Positions 1 through 9,110 of a DNA stretch of 20,000 bases are shown here, one piece after another. This stretch comes from Neovahlkampfia damariscottae. Lineage: Eukaryota. A model generated the notes under the pieces. It was not told the DNA's origin. It saw only the letters and a list, made by a program, of their open reading frames with translations, and ran no database searches. The position numbers and the translations under genes were made by a program. Position 1 is the first letter of the stretch; every line of letters starts with the position of its first letter. The DNA is taken from positions 185,748 to 205,747 of the forward strand of contig JABLTG010000012.1 of assembly GCA_016618085.1 (NCBI GenBank), in the 5' to 3' direction.

Positions 1-1036
1 TTTCAGAAAGATTTTGGATTTCTGAAAAGTTATCGTTAATATGTTGACAATGAGTATTGATAGAAACAGCAAATCCTGTATCTCCTTTCATTTCTCTTTC
101 TAAATCATAAGTTGAATATTTTGATGGAATTTTGTATTCTTTAACATATTTTTCCAATTTCTTTTCAAGCTCTTCTTCTGAAGGTTCCTCAATTTTCAAA
201 TCTTTCTTCATTTTAGTATTGGCATCAAAATTGGTATCAAATTCATTCAATTCCAATTCCTCCATTAAAATTTTCATAAATTCATCTGTTTTTGCAAATA
301 TTCTGATCGCAGATTTATTATCAAAAGGTGTCTTTTGTAGATTAACAATAACCAATTTGACATTTTTGTTGTAAATTGGAATATCACAAGCAGGATGAAC
401 TCTCATTGAAGTACCTAATACCAAAGATACATCTGATTTATAAGCAGCAGTAATTGATTTTTGAAGTTCATCTTTTGGAAGAGTTTCTGAGAAATGAATA
501 ATTGTATCTTTCAAAAGTCCTTTACAATCATCACATGTCCTTCCTGTGATATGTTTTCTGTAATCACCAACAGTTTTTGTGACATCAAAATAACGAAGGT
601 ATTCTTTCTTACAATCCACACAATACTCTTTATAACAGTTTCCATGAAGCTCAGAAAGTTCCTCTGAAGTTAATCCTGATCTACGATGTAATCCATCAAC
701 ATTGGTACTACAAACATGGTGAATTTTCTTTTTTTTCATCAATTCAACTAAAGCGTAATGTGAGTAAGTTGGAAATGCTTGATCAATTGAAATTCCTTTT
801 GGTACTTTTCCAGAATCACGAAGTGTCCATGCTCCATTTGGTCCACGATAATCAGGTATTTTAGCAGATGTGGAAATGCCTGCTCCTGTATAAACTGAAG
901 TATGACTGGAATTCTTTAATAATTTTGCGACTTGTTGGACATGAAGTTTTAATGTTTTTTCATCTTCAAAGTATTCTGTTATTTCTTCTTCTGTATCATG
1001 TGATGTTGAACCTGGAATTTTATCACGTGTTGTCAT
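1..1036 (-). CDS. NAD-dependent deacylase, sirtuin class IV (SIRT6/7-like); 3' end outside window
   Basis: Not in the ORF track because there is no stop inside the window. Manual translation from ATG 1036 gives MTTRDK...YTGAGISTSAKIPDYRGPNGAWT...STNVDGLHRRSG...SELHGNCYKEYCVDC...CDDC...LGTSMRVHPA...IVNLQKTPFD, the Sir2 motifs in their class IV form. The frame stays open to base 2. Confidence 0.93.
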   Translation of the reverse strand, partial: MTTRDKIPGSTSHDTEEEITEYFEDEKTLKLHVQQVAKLLKNSSHTSVYTGAGISTSAKIPDYRGPNGAWTLRDSGKVPKGISIDQAFPTYSHYALVELMKKKKIHHVCSTNVDGLHRRSGLTSEELSELHGNCYKEYCVDCKKEYLRYFDVTKTVGDYRKHITGRTCDDCKGLLKDTIIHFSETLPKDELQKSITAAYKSDVSLVLGTSMRVHPACDIPIYNKNVKLVIVNLQKTPFDNKSAIRIFAKTDEFMKILMEELELNEFDTNFDANTKMKKDLKIEEPSEEELEKKLEKYVKEYKIPSKYSTYDLEREMKGDTGFAVSINTHCQHINDNFSEIQNLSE

Positions 1037-1106
1037 TGCTATTTTTGTGAATGGTTTTTGACTATCTGAGTTTATAAATACATGTTTTAAAAATAGATTT
1101 TACAAG

Positions 1107-1512
1107 CCAATCAACAAGGACTGCAGTCAGAGTCTTTTTCATGAAATTTTTTGACATAAGTCGGGGTTTTCAAAAATTAATGATTTTTTAGGCCCAAAAT
1201 TTGATTGGATTTAGAAAGTATTTGATTGGATTACGGATAATTTAAAAAAAAGACTCTAAGTGGTTTATGGTAATCTAATTTTAAACCTCCAGTCAATTTG
1301 GAATTAAAATGGAATACTTTTTGTGTAAAAAATCTGTTGATACATTGGATGATTTGTTCGTTTATATATTTTTTCTTCCATACATTATTATTGGAAGATG
1401 TTTTCTTGAAGTGTTTCGTGTGAAAGAGAAAGAAAAAAAATAAACCTTTTTGAAGTCAAGATTATAGACACTCTTGATTTAAGTTAATTTGTACTCTTAG
1501 AAATCATCCAAT
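1107..1512. promoter_or_regulatory. CCAAT-box cluster in divergent promoter, including a 13-bp direct repeat ATTTGATTGGATT
   Basis: CCAAT/ATTGG at 1107, 1204, 1225, 1344, 1390 and 1508. Exact repeat at 1199-1211 and 1220-1232 (21-bp period). Confidence 0.5.
1309..1443 (+). CDS. Putative 44-aa microprotein or duplicated fragment of the downstream gene's N-terminus
   Basis: MEYFLCKKSVDTLDDLFVYIFFLPYIIIGRCFLEVFRVKEKEKK*. DTLDDLFVYIFFLPY aligns with DTLGDIMVNVFFAPW of the next ORF, also at DNA level. Confidence 0.4.
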   Translation: MEYFLCKKSVDTLDDLFVYIFFLPYIIIGRCFLEVFRVKEKEKK

Positions 1513-1553
1513 CAATTAAAAACCTCTCACAAAGTTTGCAACAAAAAAAGGGT

Positions 1554-2402
1554 ATGAGTGACAGTAGATCTGATACATTGGGTGATATCATGGTTAATGT
1601 ATTTTTTGCACCATGGAAGGCAGCTATATTCTGTTGCCGCAACATGGAAGGATTCTTGACGGCAACTTTTTTTTTTATTTTCATAAGTTGGGTTTACTCT
1701 TTTCTTTCTTCAGAAATGACTTTAAGAACTCCACCAAACTTATTTTCAGACAGATTATCACCAATAAATAGAAAATCAATTCAAGTTGACCTTCAATACT
1801 TTCAAACTGAAATTGGAGAATTACAACCAAAAATGATGTACATTATGCAAGTACTAAAAAAATTGAAAATACAAAAAGATTCAAAAATAATAGACCTTGG
1901 ATGTGGGAGTGGATTTATCACTGAATTCATCTCTAAACAAGGATTCAAACATGTGACAGGATTAGATATTTCAGAAGAAGCTATTGATCTTGCACAAGAG
2001 AAAGATAAAAAATCAAAATATATTCTTGCTTCGATCAATAATATACCATTAAAAGATGAGTCAATGGATGTGGTCATTATGACAGATGTCCTTCCTTTTT
2101 TATTGAATTTGAGAAGAACTTTCAAAGAAATTCGAAGAATTTTGAAACCAAATGGACTTTTGATATTTGATTCAATTTCAAGAACAAGAAGTACTTATAA
2201 TATGTTACGCTACAGCCATTCATATCCAAAAACATCTTTTGATTATCGATTGTTCGTCACTCCTCAAGAAGTAAAGAAACTATTCAAAGAATTTAATTTT
2301 GAAATGGAAGAAATTCAAGGGATTGAAAATAAATCAGTTTCGAAATTGTCAGAAAAAATTACATTTTTATTTATTGGTTATGGAAAATTAATTAAAAAAT
2401 AA
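1554..2402 (+). CDS. SAM-dependent methyltransferase, divergent UbiG/COQ3-like, N-terminal TM helix
   Basis: Motif I IIDLGCGSG, VTGLDIS, DVVIMTDVL, RILKPNGLLIF, DYRLFVTPQE. Hydrophobic FLTATFFFIFISWVYSFL. First ATG at 1554. Confidence 0.88.
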   Translation: MSDSRSDTLGDIMVNVFFAPWKAAIFCCRNMEGFLTATFFFIFISWVYSFLSSEMTLRTPPNLFSDRLSPINRKSIQVDLQYFQTEIGELQPKMMYIMQVLKKLKIQKDSKIIDLGCGSGFITEFISKQGFKHVTGLDISEEAIDLAQEKDKKSKYILASINNIPLKDESMDVVIMTDVLPFLLNLRRTFKEIRRILKPNGLLIFDSISRTRSTYNMLRYSHSYPKTSFDYRLFVTPQEVKKLFKEFNFEMEEIQGIENKSVSKLSEKITFLFIGYGKLIKK

Positions 2403-2410
2403 ATTTTTAT

Positions 2411-5400
2411 TTACAAAATCGCGCATTTATAGGAAAACAATTTTTCTTCAGTTTCTAATTTTGATACATTGAATAAACCAGAATACATTGAATATTCTAA
2501 ATCAATTTTGAATGATTTGTTGTCTAATTGAATTTCCTTCTTTGTAAAGATAATTGAATCTTCATTCAACACTTCACAATCAAATTCAAGTGATTGATTC
2601 ATTTGATCACTATTCACATCAATTTTGATCTCTGTTTCTTTCAAATGAATATCTTCATTTCTAATATTCAAAATTACGAAATAGGAATTATTCTCGATAA
2701 GTCTAAATTCTTTAATAGTTCCATAAAATGATGGTGCTTTCTTTCTATTGACACCTTGAATTGAATAATTGACTTTCAAAGGAAATATTGTATTTAAAGC
2801 TTCAAATGCATCATCTCTCATTTTGAAAGATTCAATTTGTGAATTTAAAACATCTGTTGGATCAAAATTCAGAGAAAGTGAATCAAATATCAAATCATTT
2901 CCAATATTCAAATTTTTTGCATTTAGATTCATTAAATCATTTTTCTTGATAATTTTCATTTCTTTGGATTCCAAAAAGTCAAAATATGTTTTTTCTGTTT
3001 TCTTTTTTGATTTTAATTTTGGATGCTCAATGATGAAATTGAAATTCTCAACACGAATATCTTCAAAATGATCCTCGGTACATTCTCCAACACTAATTTT
3101 CAAATTGTCAAAAGTTGCAAAATTCTTCAATGCTTTTGATAACACTTGAATTTGATTTAAAATATTTGAGAAGACTTTTCGAGATAAATTGATTTGATTC
3201 AATTCTACAGCTGGTTCTTTGAATCCAATATCAACTAAAAATTCTGTTTCTTCCATATAAGTCTTCAAGTATGATTTAAATTGTTGAACAATCACTTGAT
3301 AATTTTCAAAATAAAAAACATTATCAACTTGAATATCAACCTTCTGTAAATTCACTAAAACTTTTCCAAATTCTTTTGAAACTTCTAAATTTGAAGTTCC
3401 TTTGATTTTCAAATCTTTCAAAGTGACTTTCTTTTTTGGTGCAAGTTGAATATCGATTGTATTGAAATTTGTTTCAAATTTGAAAGTCGCAAAAGTTGAA
3501 TCTACATGAGAAATTTTAATTGAAGAATCAGAAATTATTGGTTTTTCTGTCAATTCAAGTTTTGAGATTTCAAATATTGATCCATCCATATCACCCAATA
3601 ACATATATCTCAAATAATTTCTCAAAACATATTCAATCAAATTTAATGATTTTGTTTCTAAAAATAACAATAAAGTTGAATTGAAAATCTTTTCTGCTGA
3701 GACATCTTTTGGGGTTTTTAATCTCAAGTTGAAATCTTCATTTTCTCCGTTTGAATCAATGTACATGTGAAATGTAGTGTCACCAGATTCAAATAATTTC
3801 TTAATGACATCATTAAATCCATCTGTTTTATATCCAAGTTTTAAAAAATCAACCAATGGTTCTTCAGATTTTGATGATTCCAATAAAATATTTCCAATCT
3901 TTAAATTCGGATCTGATCTTTGTTCAATTGAAATATTAAAGTCTCCTTTATCAAAGAATAAATTAAACATAACTTTTTCCCAACTAACATTTTTCAAATG
4001 CAAAATATATTCATGTCCAGAGAGTTTGATTGGTACTTTAATATGACAATCAGATTGATATCCATGTAATTTGACATTAAATAATAATTTATCAAATTTC
4101 AATTCCTCTTGATGTGAAAAATATTCTAAGACGATTAAATCTTCATTTGAAAAATCAATTGAAATATTTGATGATAAAACACCAGGAATAACTTCTTCTA
4201 AAACTGCAGTAATCAATTTTTGCATGTAATCTGAAGGTAAAATTTCTCTATTTTGATATTTTTTGTTTGAGTATTTTGACAGAGTAGTTTGAATAATGAA
4301 ATCTGCTAACCTATGAGTTTTGAAATGTTTTGATAATCTAACAGGAAATATATCAAATAATGGGAAAAAGTTCAACATATTTCCGGCACAATCATGTAAT
4401 GAAATCAATTCTTTGTAATTTAATCTTTTTGTATTCGAAGCATAATATGAAAATGGTAATAAGATGATAAGTTGTTGAAGTTTTGTTTCTTTTCCATTTG
4501 TAGAACACATTTCACGATACATTCCAGTTAATGATTGAAGTAAAGCGATTGGATATAAAATTTTCGGATTGATTTTGTTCATTTGAGGAAATAATGAATT
4601 CTCTGATGGAAAACAAATTTCAGTAATCATTTTGATAACTTTTTCTCTTCCACATGCAGGTTCAACATTCATTGATCCTAATAATCCATGAATAGCATTT
4701 TGTGAATTCACATTATCAATAATTTCTTGGTCCACAAAATCATAAAATTTGAAAATTTCCTGAAACAAACAAGCAAATTTTTCTTTCAAATCTTGTTCTA
4801 AAGAAACACATAAACCATAGTCAATAATTGTTAAATTCTTTAAATTTTGTTTATCTGCTTCGACGAATGCATTTCCTGAATGAAAATCTGATTGAGAAAA
4901 ATTTTGAACCATTAAAGAATAAGCATAAAATTCTGAAATTCTACAAATTGTTTCTACTCTTGTATTATAATCTGGTTTTGTTGATAACCATTCTTTTAAA
5001 GATGTTCCACTTGCACAGCTCATGATTAAAATATTTGGATCTTTTAATTCAAGAACTTTTGGAAGTGATACTGAAATGTTTGAAACATTCGCTCTTGCTT
5101 TTTTTAAATTATTGAATTCTATTGTCAAATCAACTTCGTCTTGAATATTTCTACAAACTTCAGGAACAGCATTTTCCAAGAAATCTTTCATTTCTTTCCA
5201 GACAGCAAATTGAGATAGTGGTAATAACGTTTGAATAATCATGATATCCCAGTATAAACTCTTTCTAACTTCTGGCCGTATTGTTTTCAAAACGTATTTT
5301 GGTTCTCCTTTTTGATTTGTAATAAATGAAATAGCACCAACAGAAGCAACTATTGAAGGTTTTTGCAAAGTAAGACCATTTAATTCTTTTAAATTGTCTG

Positions 5401-5905
5401 GTATTTGACTTAAATTTTGAATATTTCCTTTTGTATCAATCCATTCTTTTCCAACAAATTCATTAATAAAATGACCAAAGTGATTTTTAGGTTTTTCTAA
5501 TTTAGCTTCGTTAGCATTTGAAAATGCTTTTAAATATTCTGAATCAATTCCATTAGCTCCTTTAGTTCCAAAGTATTGACAAAGTTTTGTGTAGACTCCT
5601 CCTAGTTTGTTACATTCTTGAACAAATTCTTGTGCTTTTAGCTTTCTATCTGGATTCGAGTACTTGAGAGTTAATTGATGTTTCTTGCATAAAATGCCAA
5701 ACTGAACAAAATTGACAAATGATTTAGTAAAGTCGGTCGCTATGACTAATAAAATTCCGAAAGCAAAAATAGTTGAATATATAATATAGTGGCGGAAATA
5801 GAACTCTTTGAGTGGTCTTGTGGTGAAATGACCCCAGGAAGGTTCAAAGTAAATAATCAGCACTGATGTTGAAAGTAGTAATAGTAATTTGACGAGTTGT
5901 GTCAT
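2411..5905 (-). CDS. ABC1/UbiB (ADCK/COQ8-family) atypical kinase with N-terminal hydrophobic segments and a long C-terminal extension
   Basis: LGGVYTKLCQ (KxGQ-like), VASVGAI (A-rich loop), VLKTIRP, DEVDLTIEFNN (ExD..E), QSDFHSGN, IIDYGL. 1164-aa uninterrupted ORF. Confidence 0.85.
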   Translation of the reverse strand: MTQLVKLLLLLSTSVLIIYFEPSWGHFTTRPLKEFYFRHYIIYSTIFAFGILLVIATDFTKSFVNFVQFGILCKKHQLTLKYSNPDRKLKAQEFVQECNKLGGVYTKLCQYFGTKGANGIDSEYLKAFSNANEAKLEKPKNHFGHFINEFVGKEWIDTKGNIQNLSQIPDNLKELNGLTLQKPSIVASVGAISFITNQKGEPKYVLKTIRPEVRKSLYWDIMIIQTLLPLSQFAVWKEMKDFLENAVPEVCRNIQDEVDLTIEFNNLKKARANVSNISVSLPKVLELKDPNILIMSCASGTSLKEWLSTKPDYNTRVETICRISEFYAYSLMVQNFSQSDFHSGNAFVEADKQNLKNLTIIDYGLCVSLEQDLKEKFACLFQEIFKFYDFVDQEIIDNVNSQNAIHGLLGSMNVEPACGREKVIKMITEICFPSENSLFPQMNKINPKILYPIALLQSLTGMYREMCSTNGKETKLQQLIILLPFSYYASNTKRLNYKELISLHDCAGNMLNFFPLFDIFPVRLSKHFKTHRLADFIIQTTLSKYSNKKYQNREILPSDYMQKLITAVLEEVIPGVLSSNISIDFSNEDLIVLEYFSHQEELKFDKLLFNVKLHGYQSDCHIKVPIKLSGHEYILHLKNVSWEKVMFNLFFDKGDFNISIEQRSDPNLKIGNILLESSKSEEPLVDFLKLGYKTDGFNDVIKKLFESGDTTFHMYIDSNGENEDFNLRLKTPKDVSAEKIFNSTLLLFLETKSLNLIEYVLRNYLRYMLLGDMDGSIFEISKLELTEKPIISDSSIKISHVDSTFATFKFETNFNTIDIQLAPKKKVTLKDLKIKGTSNLEVSKEFGKVLVNLQKVDIQVDNVFYFENYQVIVQQFKSYLKTYMEETEFLVDIGFKEPAVELNQINLSRKVFSNILNQIQVLSKALKNFATFDNLKISVGECTEDHFEDIRVENFNFIIEHPKLKSKKKTEKTYFDFLESKEMKIIKKNDLMNLNAKNLNIGNDLIFDSLSLNFDPTDVLNSQIESFKMRDDAFEALNTIFPLKVNYSIQGVNRKKAPSFYGTIKEFRLIENNSYFVILNIRNEDIHLKETEIKIDVNSDQMNQSLEFDCEVLNEDSIIFTKKEIQLDNKSFKIDLEYSMYSGLFNVSKLETEEKLFSYKCAIL

Positions 5906-6059
5906 TGTTATGGTTTTATAATAAAAGTGTTTACCATGGCGAAAAACTGTGGTTTTATCGTTTACCAGGAACGAAATAGTTGGTGGATTAACCGGAGAAA
6001 TGTGATTGGTTATTTACCCGAACATACAATTTGATCAAATGAATCGAAACCAACCATTT

Positions 6060-7030
6060 TTATTGATAATTGAATTTCAAATCTATGAATGAGTAATTTG
6101 ATTTCACCTTCAAATTAATTTCATCGAGCAGATCTAGAATTTCTTTGCGCATTACTGAATTGAAATTGCTCACAATTTCCAAAATTAAAATTCTGAATTG
6201 TGACATATGAATTTGACTTCTCTTTTGTGTTTTTATTCCATTCTTCAACAATTGAATGAAATTAGGATAATATATGTCTCCCAACTTCTTCATCTTCTTG
6301 TAATGAATCAGGAGAAATGGATTAACAACCACAATTTCATTCAATATTTGATAGTCAAGAAAAATACTTTCTCTAACCAATTGATTATAACATATTAAAG
6401 GGAATCTCTGCAAATATTGCAACCAAAAATGAACTGAAGGGCTTGTAATTTCATTTTTACTTGACATTTGAAACTCAAAATTTTGTTGGACAATTGGGAT
6501 GAATTCAAAAATTCTCGTCATATTTGTCCAAAATTCATGAAATCTATTTATTTAGTCGAAAAAAACAAACTCTTCTTCAAATGGAATACAAAGCAAATGA
6601 TAACAACATGTGAGATAAATCAAGAATAGACTTATCATGATCATCCCAAAATCAATTTGTAGGTACATCGATGAAATATAGAATGAACTTGATATATCCA
6701 TGAACATGATATTACAGATTATTCTACTAACTATGAAACGATCTTTTTTGCAAATGCACATCCGAAACTGTTTGATATCTGAGGAGTAAAATGAATTATC
6801 GATTGGAAAGAACCTTTTTAATTAATTTAATGATAAAAAAAGATGTACAGGTCATCAAATTCTTCATTAAATATGAGAAGAGCAAACAACAAAAATATGA
6901 ATAATATTGCACTGCATACGAAAAAAAATATACCAAATTGTAATTTCAAGAATGAATTAATAATGCAGTTGAAAACCCATGAGAGTGCAGATATCAAAAA
7001 AAATCCAGAAAATAGCAATGGTACTTTCAT
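6060..7030 (-). CDS. Hypothetical multi-TM protein, 3 exons (7030-6849, 6813-6571, 6543-6060)
   Basis: GT-AG introns 6848-6814 (35 nt) and 6570-6544 (27 nt) each remove an in-frame stop and join ORFs 6827..7033, 6552..6761 and 6060..6521 in frame. Confidence 0.55.
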
Positions 7031-7246
7031 CAATGTTTTGTTTGATCTACACTACGAACCAATCATTTTTGGTAAAATTAAAGTAGTTTATCCTTCCAAA
7101 TTTTGTCGAAAAGACTAATCAAACTATTTAAATCAAATGAATTGTTTGATTCTGAAGAAAAATATTCTGTCAAAATATCACAAATAAATTGATTTTCTAG
7201 AAAACATCCTGAATTAGGAAATCTTCAGTGAATCAAAAGAAATGAG

Positions 7247-7436
7247 TCAAACTGGAAATAAAATTATTTCTTCTGTTTCTTCCGTTTCACTGATTTCTTT
7301 TCTTTCTTTTACTAGAAATAAATCATTTCTTCTTTTTCAAATTGAAATAAATATAAAATTTAAACATTCGTTTTTTGTTCTTTCTTGTTTCACAATAATA
7401 ACAATAAAGTTCAACAATAGAAATCCAAAAATCCAT
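7247..7436 (-). CDS. Possible ~52-aa spliced microprotein
   Basis: ATG 7436 plus a 34-nt GT-AG intron (7365-7332) gives MDFWISIVELYCYYCETRKNKKRIRNDLFLVKERKEISETEETEEIILFPV*. No homology recognised. Confidence 0.25.
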
Positions 7437-7530
7437 GATTCATTTTTCAATGTATTTTTCTTCCACCAACTTCAAATTGTCAAAAATTTATCTTGTTTTT
7501 TCACCCAATCATCTCTTTCCAAAAAACAAA

Positions 7531-8418
7531 ATGCCTCAAGCAAACAAAAACGAGTCTGTCAAAGAACAACAAGGTTATTCGTTTCTTGGTGTTACAAAAA
7601 AAACTATTTTGATTATAATTTTCACTTTAACAATTTTCCAAGCATATAAATTTGCTCCACCAAAACCACATTCAGACAGACTCGATAAAATTGACCAAAA
7701 ATCCGTAACCATAGACAATACTTATTACGGAGAACCTAATTTTGCACCAACTTGGTGGAAACAAGATTCATGGGCACAAGGATTACATGCATTAAATCCA
7801 ACAAGAACAAAATACATTCTTGATTTATTTGAAAAATTAAAGACACCAAAGGAATCACAAATATTTGATGTTGGATGTGGAGCTGGTTTAATTACAAAAG
7901 TAATTTCATCAAAAGGATACACTAATGTAATTGGAATGGATATTCAAGAAAATTCAATTGAGGCTGCAAAGAACAATGATGTTTTGACAAAGTATCTAGT
8001 TGGTTCAATTTATGAAATTCCATTGAAAGATAAATCAGTTGATGTTATTATTATTTCTGATGTTATGGCTCATTTGTTTGATTTAAGAGCTGCATATAAA
8101 GAAATCAATCGAATTTTGAAACCGAAAGGTTTGATCATCTTTGAATCAATCACAAGAACTTTGTGGTCCTATTTGACAATTAAATTACTTGGAGAAAGTT
8201 TTGGTTTCATTCCAAAAAATACACATGATTATAGAATGTTTGTTTCACCTGAGGATTTGTCACGATTATTCAAAGAATTTAATTTTGAGATGAAAAGTTA
8301 CAATGGAATTCAAGTTACATTTGGTTTTGATTTTCCAAAAATTTATGTAAAAGATTCTTATTTGTTGAAAGAATATGAAGTCAGAGATACATTTATTGGA
8401 TATGGATTCAAAAATTAA
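7531..8418 (+). CDS. UbiG/COQ3-like O-methyltransferase with N-terminal TM helix
   Basis: UbiG-type WWKQDSWAQGLHALNPTRTKYI, IFDVGCGAG, VIGMDI, RILKPKGLIIFESITRT, PKNTHDYRMFVSPED. Probable start MPQANK at 7531. Confidence 0.9.
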   Translation: MPQANKNESVKEQQGYSFLGVTKKTILIIIFTLTIFQAYKFAPPKPHSDRLDKIDQKSVTIDNTYYGEPNFAPTWWKQDSWAQGLHALNPTRTKYILDLFEKLKTPKESQIFDVGCGAGLITKVISSKGYTNVIGMDIQENSIEAAKNNDVLTKYLVGSIYEIPLKDKSVDVIIISDVMAHLFDLRAAYKEINRILKPKGLIIFESITRTLWSYLTIKLLGESFGFIPKNTHDYRMFVSPEDLSRLFKEFNFEMKSYNGIQVTFGFDFPKIYVKDSYLLKEYEVRDTFIGYGFKN

Positions 8419-8638
8419 ATTTTTGATTTCATAAAATTCCTCATTCATTTTTCTTCTATTTTGTTCCTCTAAATTCTTGAATTGTACATTTAGTTGAAGG
8501 GAATTTTTTGAATACTATTTTTTGATAGAATTGAATCCTTGAAACAAATTTTCCTCCAATAATTTGACTAAAAATATGTGTTTCATTTTTAACATCACCA
8601 TTTTTTTCACTTTCCACGTGTTAAACAACAATCATCCA

Positions 8639-9003
8639 ATGAAACTGCTTTCAAAAAAAGAAGTTTTAGGAGTAGTGAAACAATATGGTTATTCACTTGA
8701 ATGTGCATCATCTGATGTAAAAAATGATAAAGAAGTAGTTTTGGAAGCAGTAAAACAGGCTATTCACTTCTTTATGCATCCAAGGAATTGCAAAATGATA
8801 AAGAAATAGTTTTGGAAGCAATAAAACAGGATGGTTCATCACTTGAATATGCATCTGAGGAATTAAAAGAGGACAAATAATTCATTTTGGAAGCAGTAAA
8901 ACAAAATGGTTATTTACTTGAATATGTATCCAAAGAATTAAAAGAGGATAAAGAAATTGAATGGATACTACTTCAAATTCATCAGAAAAATTTCTACACA
9001 TAA
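8639..9003 (+). pseudogene. DUF4116-type repeat protein, disrupted
   Basis: About four 25-aa repeats (KEVVLEAVKQxGxSLEYASxELKxD). A ~4-nt deletion near 8758 shifts the frame, and an in-frame TAA at 8878-8880 replaces the expected GAA. Confidence 0.8.
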
Positions 9004-9110
9004 CGTTATGTTTCACTTTAAATATTCAGTGAAACAGAAACAAAATGAATAAATTTGTAAATTTGTATGATATATTTAATTTCACAATGTTGCTTTTTTT
9101 TTATCCAATC

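Noticed and set aside
1050..1157. Upstream exon for the sirtuin (ATG 1157/1142)
   Set aside because: The obvious GT-AG intron yields an out-of-frame stop. At most a uORF.
8878..8880. TAA reassigned to Glu/Gln (alternative genetic code)
   Set aside because: TAA terminates many genes here, long ORFs have no internal stops, and this locus also carries a frameshift.
8639..8960. 75-bp repeats as a CRISPR-like array
   Set aside because: They are degenerate protein-coding repeats with no unique spacers.
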